Source: Vicugna vicugna (taxonomy: Eukaryota). Taken from it: 64,000 nt of DNA. The DNA is taken from contig MU057724.1 in the NCBI GenBank assembly GCA_013265495.1, positions 1,875,102 to 1,939,101 of the forward strand. Direction: 5' to 3'. The translations under genes were made by a program, and so were the position numbers. The notes under the pieces were generated by a model that saw nothing but the letters and a program-made list of their open reading frames with translations, did no database searches and was not told the origin of the DNA. This document shows, in pieces, positions 1 through 12,073 of this stretch (its first letter is position 1; each line of letters opens with the position of its first letter).

Positions 1-1540
1 TGTTTGAGGACTTTCTGAATTGTTTTCCGAAGCAGTGGCACCATTTCACATTCCCCTGAGCAGTGCGTGAGGGTTCGAATTTCTCCACATCTTCACCCGC
101 ACTGGTTATTATCTATCTTCTTATTTTTATCACCGTCCTCCTGGGGCACGTGAGTGCACGTAAGCAGGTTTGATTTGCATCTCCCTGATGACTAACGACG
201 TTGAGGATTTCTACATGTGCTTGTTGGTTATTTGATACCCGTTATGGAGAGCTGCGTATTCAGGTCTTCTGCTCATTTTTAAATTGGGTTGTTTGTCTTT
301 TTATTACTGGGTTGTAGGAATTCTTTACACATCTCTCTCTCTCTCTCTCCTAGATACAAGCCCCTTGTCAGGTACATAAATTTGCAAAACGTTTCTCCTG
401 CTGTGTGCGTTGTCTTTTTACTTTCTTAATTTTGTCCTTCAAAGCAGAAAGGGCTTTAGTTTCGATGATGCCCAGTTAACCTGTGTTTCACTGATGCTTT
501 TGCTTTGGTGTCATATCTAAGGAAGAACTGCCAAGTTAAGGTCACAAAGGTTATGTCTGTGCTTCCTTCAAAGGGTTTTGTAGTTTTAGCCTTTGCAGGT
601 AGGTCTTTGATTCACTTTGAGTTAATTTTCATCTGTGGCATGAGGTAGGGATCCAACTGCATTCTTTTGCCTGTGAATACCCGGTTGTCCAAGTATCTTT
701 GTTGGAAGGAACATGCTCTCCCTGCTGAGTTGCCTTGGCAGCCTTGTTGCAGTCGATTTACCATGGAGGTGAGGACGCATTTCCAGACTCCATTCTCCTC
801 TGTTGCTCTTTACGCCAGTGCCTCCCCACCTCGACTACCGCAGCTTTGAAATAAGTTTTGAAATTGGGGCAGCTCTGTCCCCGCACTTTGTTCTTTTCCA
901 AGACTGTTTTGGCTCGTAGGCAGCCCTTGAACTTCCACATGAAATTCAGGATCAGCTTGTCAACTTCCGCAACGAAGCCAGCAGAGACTCTGACAGCGGC
1001 GGTGCTGGGTCTGCGGAGCGCTTCGGGGAGTGTTGCCACCTTGACGCTGCTGGCGCGTCTCACCCACGGACATGCCTGTTCCTTCACTTAGGCCTTCTTT
1101 CTTTGCTTTCAACGACGTCCTACAGCGTTCAAAGGTTTACACTTCTCCTGTTAAATTTACTCCTAGGTATTTTATTCTTTTTGATACTATTGGAGGTAAC
1201 ATTCTTTTCTTACTTTCATGCTCTGTTAGTTTGTTTATTGTGTAGAAATACAATTGATGCTTACGTTTACGACAAATTCAGTAAGGTTTCAAGTTACAAA
1301 ATAAGTTCTTAGATCTAATCGTTTTTAATGGATCCCTTAGTATTTTCTACGTATGCATCTATCTCCAGCATAATGTCATCTGCAAATGGAAACGGTCTCG
1401 CTGCTTCCTGTCAACATGGACGACTTTTATTTCATTTTCTCACGTAAGTGTCCTGGCCGGAGCCTCCAGTACAGCACAGAGCGGGAAGAGCAGACACCGT
1501 GGCTTTGTTCCTGGTCTCAGAAGGTGAGAATTCAGTCTTC
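1..1540 (-). mobile_element. Old LINE-1 (L1M-type) ORF2 fragment, decayed
   Basis: Minus-strand translation 758-1087 contains FVAEVDKLILNFMWKFKGCLRAKTVLEKNKVRGQSCPNFKTYFKA, resembling the L1 ORF2 segment FF.E.DK.ILKFIW..K..RIAK..L.KNK..G..LP.FK.YYKA. Flanks are typical antisense L1 (gttttgatttgcatctccctgatgactaa). Truncated by the window start. Confidence 0.9.
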
Positions 1541-2934
1541 CGTGGGTGTGTGTGATGTTAGCCAATTGTGGAATTTTGAAGCTCAGTTTAAAAACATTTC
1601 AAAAGTTAAAGCCAATTTCTACCTGGCACAGTGAACTGCCCTACATTGGTGTGACTTCCGGAGAGACCGGAAAGAAACCCTCTATGTCCACAATTTCACA
1701 AGCACCTGACGTGGAATTTTCACCACTGCCGCCCCCACAACGAAGGTGTGGCTGGAACCCCGACACAGGGCTCGGGCTGCTGTGGTGGCTCAGAGCCCCA
1801 CAGGGGAGTCAGCGACAGCCTGTCGGGGCTGAGTGACCAGGTGTGCTTTGAAATGTAGGTTCTGGTAGCAAAGGACAACTGGACCCCAGGTTCAGTGATG
1901 TTGTAGGGGCCCATCTCTAGGTTGTCGCCTTCCCTGCCCATGTTGTGAACACGCTCTGCCAAGGTCAGGGGCAGGCAGCCCACCTGAATTCCACCTGCTT
2001 CCCAGGATTAAACCAAACAGCCTCAGTCGTAAGGATCCTGCCCATCCAGGATCCCTGCATCTTCCATTTTTAATCTCTGCAGATGGGCTCGGAGCATTTC
2101 CTGTACCTACTTGCAAAAGTAGACATACTTGTAGCCAATAAAACGTAACAAAATTGAATCAGGTATCAGAACACGATAGACTTAAACGACATGTCGAGAA
2201 TGCATGCAGGACGAGGCGCCCCCAGGGCAGCTCCACGCCAGCACAAGTGATCCCGATAAAGAGGCTGATGTCGTCAACACCGCTGGCAGCGAGCACCCGT
2301 CTCGCACTCACCCCACGGCAGGCACTGCCCTCAGTGCCTTTTGAGGCTAATGTGGAAGCAGAAGTACTAGAGTCTCCCCACGTTTCCCAGGTGCGTCCCA
2401 CCAGGAAAGGGCTGAGCCAGGGCTAGGCTCCGGCGGCCGGCCTCCCGGCGGTCACGCTCCATCACCATTGAACGCATCATGTCTGTGTCTATACGTTTGC
2501 AATATGGTCTTCATATCAATACACACAGCTTTGCTCCATCACACAGCAGCTGAACTGCATTTGGGCCATGCACCTGGCGGGCCGCTCACTCACCCCATCT
2601 ACCTGGTGACGTGCTGCATCCCTCAGCCGCACAAAGTCCAAGTTAAGATCCCTGCGCATACTTTGCACGTGTGGTGACACGGTGGCTTTGGACCATGGAC
2701 TTAGCTGATCTGAACAGTCGCCATGGTGACCCGCTCGTCCACGTCATCCCGCGGCACTCTGGCTGGTTCTGGGTCACGTTCCCATCACTGGAAGCCTTGC
2801 ACTGTGCCCACACTGAGCATGTGCAAATCATTCTAGGTGTGGAGGGTCTCGTTTCTCTGCATAACCCCTCCCTCTACACACAGACACAAACACACAGCAT
2901 TTATTCTATTTAGATGGATTTGGGCTTAAACGGG

Positions 2935-3592
2935 TGTCTCAGCTCAGGCTGCTCTAACAGAATACCACGGCCTGGGCAGCGTGAACAGCAGTGCTCTCAC
3001 CCACAGTTCTGGAGGCTGAGAAGCCCAAGACGAAGGTGGTTTGGTTCTTGGTAGGAACTCGTCCGGCTTGCAGGTGGTCACTTTCGCAGTGTCCTCCCAC
3101 AGTGGACAGAGAGTTCTGGTCTCTTCCTCCCCTTGTGAGGGCACTAATCCCACCTTGGGGGCTCCACCCGCATGACCTCATCTAAAATGAATCACCTCCC
3201 CAGAGCCCTGCCTCCAAATACCATCCCACTGGCCACTGGGGTTTCCGGATATTAATTTAGGCAGACTCACAGACACAGAAAACAAACTTATGGTTACCAT
3301 GGGGGAAAGGGGGTGGGGAGGGATAAATTCGGAGTTTGGGATTTGCAAATACTAACTACTATATGTAAAATAGATAAACAACAAGTTCTTACTGTACAGC
3401 ACAGGGAACTATATTCAGTATTTTGTAGTTATCTATACTGAAAAAGAATACGAAAAGAAATATATGTATGCCTATGTATGACTGGAACACTGTGCCATCC
3501 ACCAGAAATTGACACAACATTGTAAACTGACTAGACTTCAATTAAAAAAAAAATATTACTTCAGGGATGACACAAACATTCAGTCCATAACA
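2935..3592 (-). mobile_element. MaLR solo LTR (MLT1A-like), interrupted by a young L1
   Basis: Begins tgtctcag...gctgctctaacagaatacc, contains cacagttctggaggctg and gacctcatcta, ends cacaaacattcagtccataaca. Matches the reverse complement of the MLT1A consensus as recalled. Confidence 0.85.
3262..3552 (+). mobile_element. Young camelid-type L1 3' UTR fragment nested in the MLT1 LTR
   Basis: cagactcacagacacagaaaacaaacttatggttacc...attgtaaactgactagacttcaatt followed by poly(A). TSD atattaatttagg (3249-3261) / atattacttcagg (3553-3565). Confidence 0.93.
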
Positions 3593-4742
3593 ACTAGCTC
3601 ACTCCCTCTTCACAGAAAGGCAAATCAGCCCTATTATGATTCCGTTTAGGAAAATCCCCACACTTCCTAGACTTCCTGGTTTCTGTCTCGCTGTGGTTTG
3701 ACGTGGCAGACCGCAACATGGCAAACAAAGGACTCCCTGCAGTTTCTACAATTGGCTTTGTGAATGCGTTTGAAGTATGTGTCCTCATGACTGAACAGTT
3801 AGCATTTAGAACAACAGGGGAAAGGCAGAGCGCATGAGGGAGGACGGCCTTGGGACGGCCCCACCAGCGCAGACAAGCCGGGCAGCTGGCACACGCTCTG
3901 AACACCCTGGGCGCCCGGTGAGGCCGGCCGGGCGCTCAGGAAGCCCAGCTGCCGCCACCGACTTCGAAGAGGTGAGAGGAAGACACGCCGACCCCACGTA
4001 CACCGGAACCGTCAAAAGCTGAAGAAATAAGCTGCAAGGAGCAACGGGGAGCAAGGCTGCCAGCTCTCCCAAACGCAGAGGTGGGTGGGGAGACCCACAG
4101 CCTCCCCTTGGGACGGAGTCAGGGGCGAGAGTGTCCGCAGAAGACAGCGGACTGGCAGTTCCCCGGCCGCAAGGGCTGCCTGAACCAGCGGGAAGACGTG
4201 GTACCAACCAACCCAGCACGTGGCGGGGCGAGGCCCGCGCAGCCCAACTTCGCAACAAGGGTCAGGCCTCCCCTTGGCCGCAGAGCAGCCGTAAGCGGGG
4301 TGTCCGCGTCCACACACGTCACCTGGGGTCGGAGGCAGCGCAGGGCTGTCTGGCTCCGAGGCAAAGAGCAGACATGTCTTATCTTGGAGACGCCTCCCTG
4401 GGATTCCCTCAACGGCTGTCTCGTTCCTGCCTTGCATCTCGGCTAATTCATCTTGGAGGCGACAGCTGAGAGCAGAGCGAAATGACGAGGAAGCGGGACA
4501 GGAAAGGAGGCACAAGGATCGCCGCCCAGCCCGGCCTGCAAGCGGGCTGAGTGGCCGGCGGCTCCTCCCCGCCCTCAGCAAGCTCCCTCTGGGCAGAAGA
4601 CTGCGAATTTGCAGATTACGACAAAACTCAAATACTGGGAAACAGCAGAGAGCATTTCGGTCCAGCGTGCACGTCTGTCCAGGTGAGAATGAGTCCCCTC
4701 CTCCTTCATTGCCAAAAATTGAGTGTCAGTTTGCTTGTCTTT

Positions 4743-4864
4743 GGGGGGGAGCAACGAGGCTTATTGATTGATTGATTGATTGGTTTTTAATGGAGGGGAT
4801 GGGAATTGAACCCAGGACCTCGTGCATGCTAAGCACGTGCTCTACCACTGAGCTATGCTCTCCC
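4743..4864 (-). mobile_element. tRNA-derived SINE, vic-1-like, long form
   Basis: Reverse complement gggagagcatagctcagtggtagagcacgtgcttagcatgcacgaggtcctgggttcaattccc shows Pol III A and B boxes, then an A-rich linker and C-rich tail. Confidence 0.92.
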
Positions 4865-5739
4865 TCCCACCCTGGAAACTTTTAGGATGAACTACAGGGT
4901 GCAGATAAATGGGTGAATGCATCGGCACATAGCATGACTGATGAACTTGTGCAGGAAGATGGCCAAGAAAGAACCTAATCGCAGTTCTGAGTTATCAGAG
5001 CAGCCTAGTCTGGGACGCCAGGCTTCTGAAAGGCCTTCTCAGGCCGCCACACAGGAGCACTTAGAACCACACGAAGGCACAATGCCTCACCGCCACAGAC
5101 GTTTTCGAGGACACACCGGCTGCCCTTCGACCACCAGGCAGCTTGGCCGGTGCGGGTTCAGGGAGAGAGGGTCGGGTTCGATGCATCTGGCAATCACGTT
5201 ATGGATTGGTCTCTGGGCAGGTTTGAGAACTTGTGGACCTGCTTGGCTCCTCCTCCAAGAGACTGGAGTCTGAGTATCGACATCTGTGTCAGAGAGAGTG
5301 ACCCTCTTCTCTGCACTGTCACCTCCAGGATGGGGTCATGGAATCCAAAGGGGAGAGGTTACTAGGCCCTTAAAAGTCACTCTGCACAAGCCCTTCCATT
5401 TATAGATGAAGAAACACAGAAGTTGGTTTTGGCCCAGTTTACCGGGTTATTTATTTCCTGGCTCTCTGACCCAGAATCTCCTGCTCTTCCACACTGGCCC
5501 TCTCTCCCACAACATCCTCTCCTACCCGTTCAGGGATGGAGACCCTGCTGAGTGGCTCCATGAAGGCTCCCAGAAACCTCACTTTGACAATCGTGGCAAA
5601 ACCACACTTGTACCTCTTGTTGCTCAGCTCTATTTTCAATAAGTTTCTTTCCTGCCCCAACAAATGGGGAAAGAGAATTTAGAAAATAAAAGTGCAAGAG
5701 AACAATAATGATTTGCTTTATTTTCCTCTAGAGTTTTTC

Positions 5740-6041
5740 TCAGGGAAAGAAAATGTGCATATCTTGTTTTACGTTGTGTGCCTATGTTGTGCACACAGTT
5801 TTGTCTCCTGCTACGTTCACTCAACATCATACATAGCATCAGCATTTTCTAAATCTTCTCAAGTCTTTGTAGAAATCATCTTAGTGGATGGGGTCAAAAA
5901 CTTAATCTCGTCAAATGCTTGTTCTGTGGTTTGCTCAGTCCTCCCCTGCTGCATGACTAGGGTTTTCAGTGTTTCTCTATTATAAACAATGCTGCAGTGA
6001 ACATCCCTGTTGGGAAGTATTTTTTTCCCTACTTAGGAAAA
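5740..6041 (-). mobile_element. Old L1 (L1ME-like) 3' fragment; resumes after ~6824
   Basis: ttcactcaacatcata...tattataaacaatgctgcagtgaacatcc is typical antisense L1ME 3' region. L1-like sequence appears to continue after the young insertion. Confidence 0.6.
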
Positions 6042-6053
6042 GAGTCTCAAAAA

Positions 6054-6637
6054 CTCTAATTCAAAAAGATACCTGCACCCCAGTGTTCATAGCAGCACTA
6101 TTTACAACAGCCAAGACATGGAAACAGCCTAAACGTCCATTGACAGATGACTGGATAAAGAAGCTGTGGTATATTTATACAGTGGAATACTACTCAGCCA
6201 TAAATAAGAATGAAATCATGCCATTTGCAGCAACACGGATGGACCTGGAGATGACTACACTAAGTGAAGTAAGACAGACAAAGACAAGTCTCGCACGACT
6301 TACACATGGAATCTCAAATATGATACAAATGAACTTATTTACAAGACAGAAACAGACTCACAGACATAGAAAACAAACTTATGGTTACCAAAGGGGAAAG
6401 GTGTCAGAGAAGGAATAAATTAGGAATTTGGGACTAGCAGATAGAAATTATTATGTACAGAATAGATAAAGAACAAGGTCCTACTGTACAGTACAGAGAA
6501 CCAGATTCAGCATCTTATAATAACCCATAATGGAAAAGACCTTATATATGTATAACTGAATCACTTTGCTGTACACCAGAAACTAGCGCAACATTGTAAA
6601 TCAACTCTTCTTCAGTAAAAAAAAATTTAAAAAAAAA
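6054..6637 (+). mobile_element. Young L1: ORF2 C-terminus, 3' UTR and poly(A)
   Basis: Translates KTLIQKDTCTPVFIAALFTTAKTWKQPKRPLTDDWIKKLWYIYTVEYYSAINKNEIMPFAATRMDLE, the canonical L1 ORF2 C-terminus. Followed by the 3' UTR seen in the sibling copies and an A-tail. Confidence 0.96.
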
Positions 6638-6652
6638 CACCTCTAAAACAGT

Positions 6653-6809
6653 AAGAGAAAGAGAAAGAAAGAAAGAAAGAAAGAAAGTGAAGGAAGAAAG
6701 AAAAGGAAGGAAGGAAAATAGATGAAAAGAAAAGGAAGGAAGGAAAATAGAAGAAAAGAAGAAAAAGAAAGAGACAGAGAGAGGAAGGAAGGAAGGAAGG
6801 AAGGAAGGA
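6653..6809 (+). repeat. Compound purine microsatellite (GAAA)n/(GGAA)n
   Basis: Directly visible gaaagaaagaaa...ggaaggaaggaagg tract. Confidence 0.97.
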
Positions 6810-9419
6810 TTGATTCTCAAAAATAAAAATCCTGCACTGAAGTGTCTGGATATGTCTCAAGTGTTTGATACCTTCTTCCAGACTGGGCCCCACCGAGGTG
6901 ACACTCGTGTGCACCGCCACCGCAGGAGAGTCCTTGTCCGACCGGGAGTCAGCGCTGTTGAACACATCTCGTTAAGGCGCTGTTCCCTCTGCTGCTGTGT
7001 GTCTAGGAGCTTGTCAGTGGACACTCAACATCATCACTTCATATCTCTCCCCACAAGCCCCCCACCCCTGCCCCGGCCCCAAAGCTCGTGCATTCATGAC
7101 TTTGAAGGTTTTCGCAGGAAACGCATCTCACAGGAGGCGTGTGAATTGAGTAACCACATCCTTGACAACAACAATTTCCATCTGGGTCCTCTGCTGTCCG
7201 CCGGCGCACTGTTAATCCCTCCAAATGCCACCCAGCCTGCTGCCTTGTCTTCCGTCTTCCTTCCGAATACATCCCCATGAAGCCATCCCCTCCCTGAGAA
7301 TGGGAGCTCTGCTCCACACCAACCCGGGCTTAGTCCAGAGTGCGATATCCAGCAGGAGCGACTCAGCAAGTGTCCGTGGAACACACGAATGAAGGAGCAA
7401 TTGCTTTCCCAGTGTTGCTGCTGCAAAAGGAGTTTGAAAATAAACTCTTGGTCTTTCGCTTCTTAACTGCTAAATCTGACTTTAGAAATTTAGCCATCAA
7501 ATGGAGGTGAGAAATGGGGACATGCCTAAAGTATTTGCAAATTAAGGCAAAGAATGGTTCGGTAAATATATGAACTGAGATGATCTGGGGAATCTCAGTG
7601 CAAGAGGAAAATTCACAGAAGTTGTAAGTGACTGAAAACAGACGATTATCGTGAAAAGCATTCTGAAACCTGGCGATCAGTCCCCAGTGCCGTCGGGGCA
7701 TAAAGAGCGGCATTTCCAGGGCACAGTGGGATGAGTTAAGGGAAGCCACGGCGTGATCCTGCGTGTCTGGGAGCCTCAGTGCACCTCTCACACCGGGCGT
7801 GCCCGGCTCTTCAGCTTCAGAGGATGTAAGGCTCTGTCAGCAGAAGCCCTTCATTTCTTACAACAGGACAGCGCGGATCATAACGTGACACCAGCTGCTC
7901 AGGCAAAATGGGTTCTATTAGGGCTAATTTAATTTTACATAAGTTGATCTATTTGCATTTGGAGTCCCTGTTAGGCGGGAGGTCGTACTTTACAGCCTGA
8001 TCTCGCATCCAGCCCCAGCGCACGGACAACACGCAGTCAGCATGCACATCAGAAGTAACAAGCCTCAAGCACGCCGACGAAGCCCAGAAATGGCGCGACA
8101 TGCGCCCGGCGAATGGGTTGGCAAGGCAGCTCATTAGCAGCCTGAATAATGAATGCTGCATTTCTCAGACATTGCGTTCCTCAGTGCTTCCAGTGAGGCC
8201 AGCAGTCCTACAACCCAGTGCCACTACGCTCGTAAGTGACTTTCTTTTAGATCATGACACCTCTGTGTGTCCTCTCTACACTGGTGGGTGCTCTAGAAAT
8301 AGTCCTTCTCACCTCAAGCCTGGGTACTTGACATCTTTCCTTGGAGCAGCTAAGGAAGAACAAGTCAACTGCTAGTAGAAACGTGGAAAATGATTAAAAT
8401 TAAAAGAAGGAAATGAACCAAATGCAGTAACCACCGAGCAGTAGCCTGCTTCCACACTGGCTCCTGAGCCGTAGTGACGGGTGTTTACATGCTGCACAGA
8501 TTTCCTTCACGGGACAAGGCATCAAAGAAGCTTAAAATAAAAATGTCTGTAGGTAAAACGTACTTATCTCTATACACATGTGTATATACTATATACACGT
8601 CTATGCGAAATATATAAAAATACATGTATGTGACACATATGTGTCCTTTACCTCCAAACCTTGTTCTCAGAAACCAGTATTTCTCAAGCAAAACTCCATT
8701 CGCGAATGTAACAGAAATAGGAGGAAAGGAGAATGGTGTATTTCAGGGGCACAACCTTTTTTCCTGTCGAAAACCAGGTAATTTCCAATATAACAAGTGG
8801 AGGGGGGAGACGGGGGGTGGATTCCACCTGCTCCATACTGTTAAACACACAACCATAGACACAAAAACCAAAAGCAGCCGTCCCCGGTTTCAAGGCAACA
8901 CCATATTACACTCTGATCGCACATAGTTTTGATATGTAATAAATTAGTTTTCAAAAAGCCATCCAACTAACAAACACCAATGCGATTTTTAAAACTTGTC
9001 CAGATCCACAGTCATACTTTGAGTTGTAAAAAACGGTTCAGTTGATTTCATAGTTTAATAATTGATGTATTATTTTCTCTTTTCCTAATTTTTTGAAGTT
9101 ATAGAAAGCAATTTACTTATTCATGAAAGAAATTTTGTTTAAATTTTACATATATATGCATCTAAATATGTAAAATACACAAAAAGTTTTTTATCTTAAG
9201 CCAAACCATATACAGCGTTTTATAACACTTTAATTCTGATGTTCTTACATTAAACAAGCTACTTATTCCTCCAGATCAAAAACCCAACAGTATTAGCAGG
9301 TTTGGTTTCTGTATGATGTTTAGTCAAAATCCTAAATACTAACTGATATAAAATTTAAATTAAAATAATTTAGTGATGGATAGTTCTGTCTTTTTTTCTT
9401 TACTACAAGTAAAAATCTT

Positions 9420-9534
9420 AGTTTTTTGGTGGAGGGGTGTGGTTAGCTTTATTTTCAGAGGAGGCACTGGGGATTGAACCCAGGACCTTGTGCATGCTAA
9501 GCATGCTCACTACCACTTGAGCTGTACCCTCCCC
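9420..9534 (-). mobile_element. vic-1-like SINE with TSD
   Basis: tRNA-like head (ggggattgaacccaggacc...gagctgtaccctcccc on the + strand). TSD actacaagtaaaaatctt (9402-9419) / actacaagtaaaatctt (9536-9552). Confidence 0.94.
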
Positions 9535-11540
9535 GACTACAAGTAAAATCTTGAGAGCCACCTTTGCTATCGAACCTGAAAGAGGGAAACTACGTAAGCG
9601 AACCAAAGCTTTCCGACCTTGTGACTAGGAGTTGCACCCTGTCTCCTACTATCTGGATTATAATGTTGTCTATTGTGTCCTTTTAAAAAGTAAATTATGA
9701 CTAAAATGAGACGGATGACTTTTGCTAAAGTTCACGTCAAGTTGAAATTCATTTGTTTTCAGTTTATCAACTTTGAAGCGATCTCGTCTCAGGGCATTTG
9801 GTGCGTCGTATCATCGAGCTTTGCCAGACGCAGTCCATCATCAGAGCTGAAGGTCCGAACTGTAATAATCTCTTCATTACCGAAATGCAAGTCCAATGCA
9901 AGTCGATGTTTATCCATGGTAAATTATTATCCTTCTCACCAAAAAGTTGGAGGAATGACAGAAAATGTGCCATGATTTCTAGAAACTAAGCAGACATAAC
10001 TGTAAGACAGGCTGTTATAGTAAATCATTTCATAGGTTTTAGGAAGAGGGTATCACAAGCCGTTTTGCGAAGGCGATCAAAGCCGTGGACCGTATTCCTG
10101 AGCAAATTGCCTGCGGTCCTAAACATGAGATTTTCAGAGCACAGAAGCACAGGGCTTCTCATTCCCAGACCACAGAAGTGACACAAAAGAAAAATCCGGA
10201 AGTCTCTAAAATTTAGGAGGTCGGAGCCCAGCAATGTAGCAAGAAACAAGCATGAGAGTCATTTCTCCAAGGAGCCATGGTTCTGAGGACACACTCCTCC
10301 TCCCAACCTGAGCAGAATGTCCTCCAAGAAACCCGAGAAGGAAGCTATTTTTCCCCAGTTCCTTTAGATAAATGTGATGACACTCCAGGATCCTGTATTT
10401 CCTGGCAGGAAGAAACACCTTGCCCCAGGCCTTGGCCCCGCCTCCAGGCTCTGTCCCCCGAATTGGCACCCACAAACTCTGCCCGCTGATCAACTCAGTC
10501 ACTCTTCACAAAACCAACTCTGCACCTTCTAACTCCACAGGGAATTAAATCATCTGTTTTGAGAGTAGAGAACAAACAAACAAACAAACAATTTGTCCAA
10601 ATTACGTTCGAAGCTGTACAGTCGTTGTGTTTTAGCTGAGACCGTTCAGACCGTCTGAGGATGGGTGAGGGAGGAGGCAGTCTGGCACTCAGCGGTCCTG
10701 AGCCCTGTTTCTTGGCTGAGTCGCAAGTCAGCTCCAGTCCTTAATGTCCCTGAGATCTCAGAAATTATGGACCTTTTGTTCATCCAAAAATAAAATAATA
10801 CTCAGAACAGCAGAATATAGGACTTTACTCCACTGCAGCGTTGAGATTTCACACAACGGAAGGACTTTCCATCTCAGGGTGTTCTTAGATTTCAGAAGAA
10901 ATGTGTTCAACCACATCGTCTCTGTCTGTGGTTTGGATTATATAAATGGTGCCTCGTCCCAAAGAGAATTTGAAGTCATAATGAATATGCTTCTTAAAAC
11001 ATGCTAAACATGTGAAATAATGTACTTACCCTCAGTGTTAATACTAGGAATTTGTCACCTAAAGAGTGGAAACAGAATTCGTGGGTTATTAACCTCACCA
11101 TTAGCGACACTTAGGAAATGTTACTTAACAAAAGCAGTTTAGGTCGTCCAAGAGTTCCCGGTCTCCTTCTCAAGTTCTTAAGTGTTTTAGGGTTTGTTGT
11201 TGAGATGGATATATCTCCACCAGAGGAAAAAGTGATCTTTTGAGACCGTTTTTATCTTGTAAGCCTTAACTTTCTCCATTTCCAGGACAAGCACATAGAC
11301 CAGATAACAATCCTGTTATTGAAGTGAACATGACACACTGACGCGCTTTGCACAATGTCACGAAAATTTATAAGATACCATAAAATTACTTATTTCATGA
11401 AGATACACTATGTAGCCAGAACTTCCAAGCCGCCGCCGACAATACCACATGTGCTGATGGCGGTAACGGCCACGAGTTCTGCACTGTCTACAGCTGGATG
11501 TGACGGGTTTTCATAACTGTTTGAAATTTTTTGACTTAAC

Positions 11541-11590
11541 TTTATTTTTATTTTGGGAGGAGGTAATTAGATTTATTTATTTATTTTTAA
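11541..11590 (-). mobile_element. 3' tail half of a split vic-1-like SINE
   Basis: ttttgggaggaggtaattagatttatttatttatttttaa is the reverse complement of the linker and tail of the intact copy at 24305-24427. Confidence 0.85.
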
Positions 11591-11998
11591 ATATAACATT
11601 TATTGCTTAGATGGTTTGATACAAAACAGGTTTTCTTCTCATTTTGAATCTGGAAGTGCTGTACAGCTGAACACAGGGAGGAACCTGTGGTTCTCTGTTC
11701 ACGGGGCGTGAACCAGCCTTGACATGACATGTAGCAGCGGTTTTTAAGTTCCTTTTGGAAAAATATGAATTCTGCACGCTGATTACTGTCTCCTCCTTAA
11801 TGCCTGGGCTGAAGTCACTAGTGTCAACTTCCTTCTGCAGGAGGGAGAGGAACGGAGGGTGGAAAGAATGACGAACCTTTCTGAAACTGGCACGTGTAGC
11901 TTCCCGGGGGCCCGTGGAGTAAAGCAGCCCTTTGGGGTTTCGTTTTGTTTGCACAGCCAGAAGTTTCATGCAGAGACTGACTCTCAGCGTCGTGTCCA
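11591..11998 (-). pseudogene. Probable 5'-truncated retrocopy of an mRNA 3' end (donor unidentified)
   Basis: About 410 bp of non-repeat-like sequence between the two SINE halves. On the minus strand it ends AATAAA (11604-11599) + tgttatattt + A-run. Confidence 0.6.
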
Positions 11999-12073
11999 GG
12001 AGGCACCGGGGACTGAACGCAGGGCCTTGTGCGTGCTAAGCGTGCGTTCTGCCACTGGGCTGTCCCCCCACCC
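11999..12073 (-). mobile_element. tRNA-like head half of the split vic-1-like SINE
   Basis: ggaggcaccggggactgaacgcagggccttgtgcgtgctaagcgtgcgttctgccactgggctgtcccc aligns base for base with the other SINE heads but has no tail adjacent. Confidence 0.88.

Noticed and set aside
3594..4775. Cluster of overlapping 100-190 aa ORFs (similar clusters at 17400-18800, 46700-47930, 50860-51450 and 60280-61130)
   Set aside because: They are open in many frames on both strands with Pro/Arg/Gly/Ala-rich composition, as expected from stop-codon depletion in GC-rich DNA.
5969..6418. 149-aa ORF as a functional CDS
   Set aside because: It is a 5'-truncated L1 ORF2 C-terminus with no ATG start, running into the 3' UTR.
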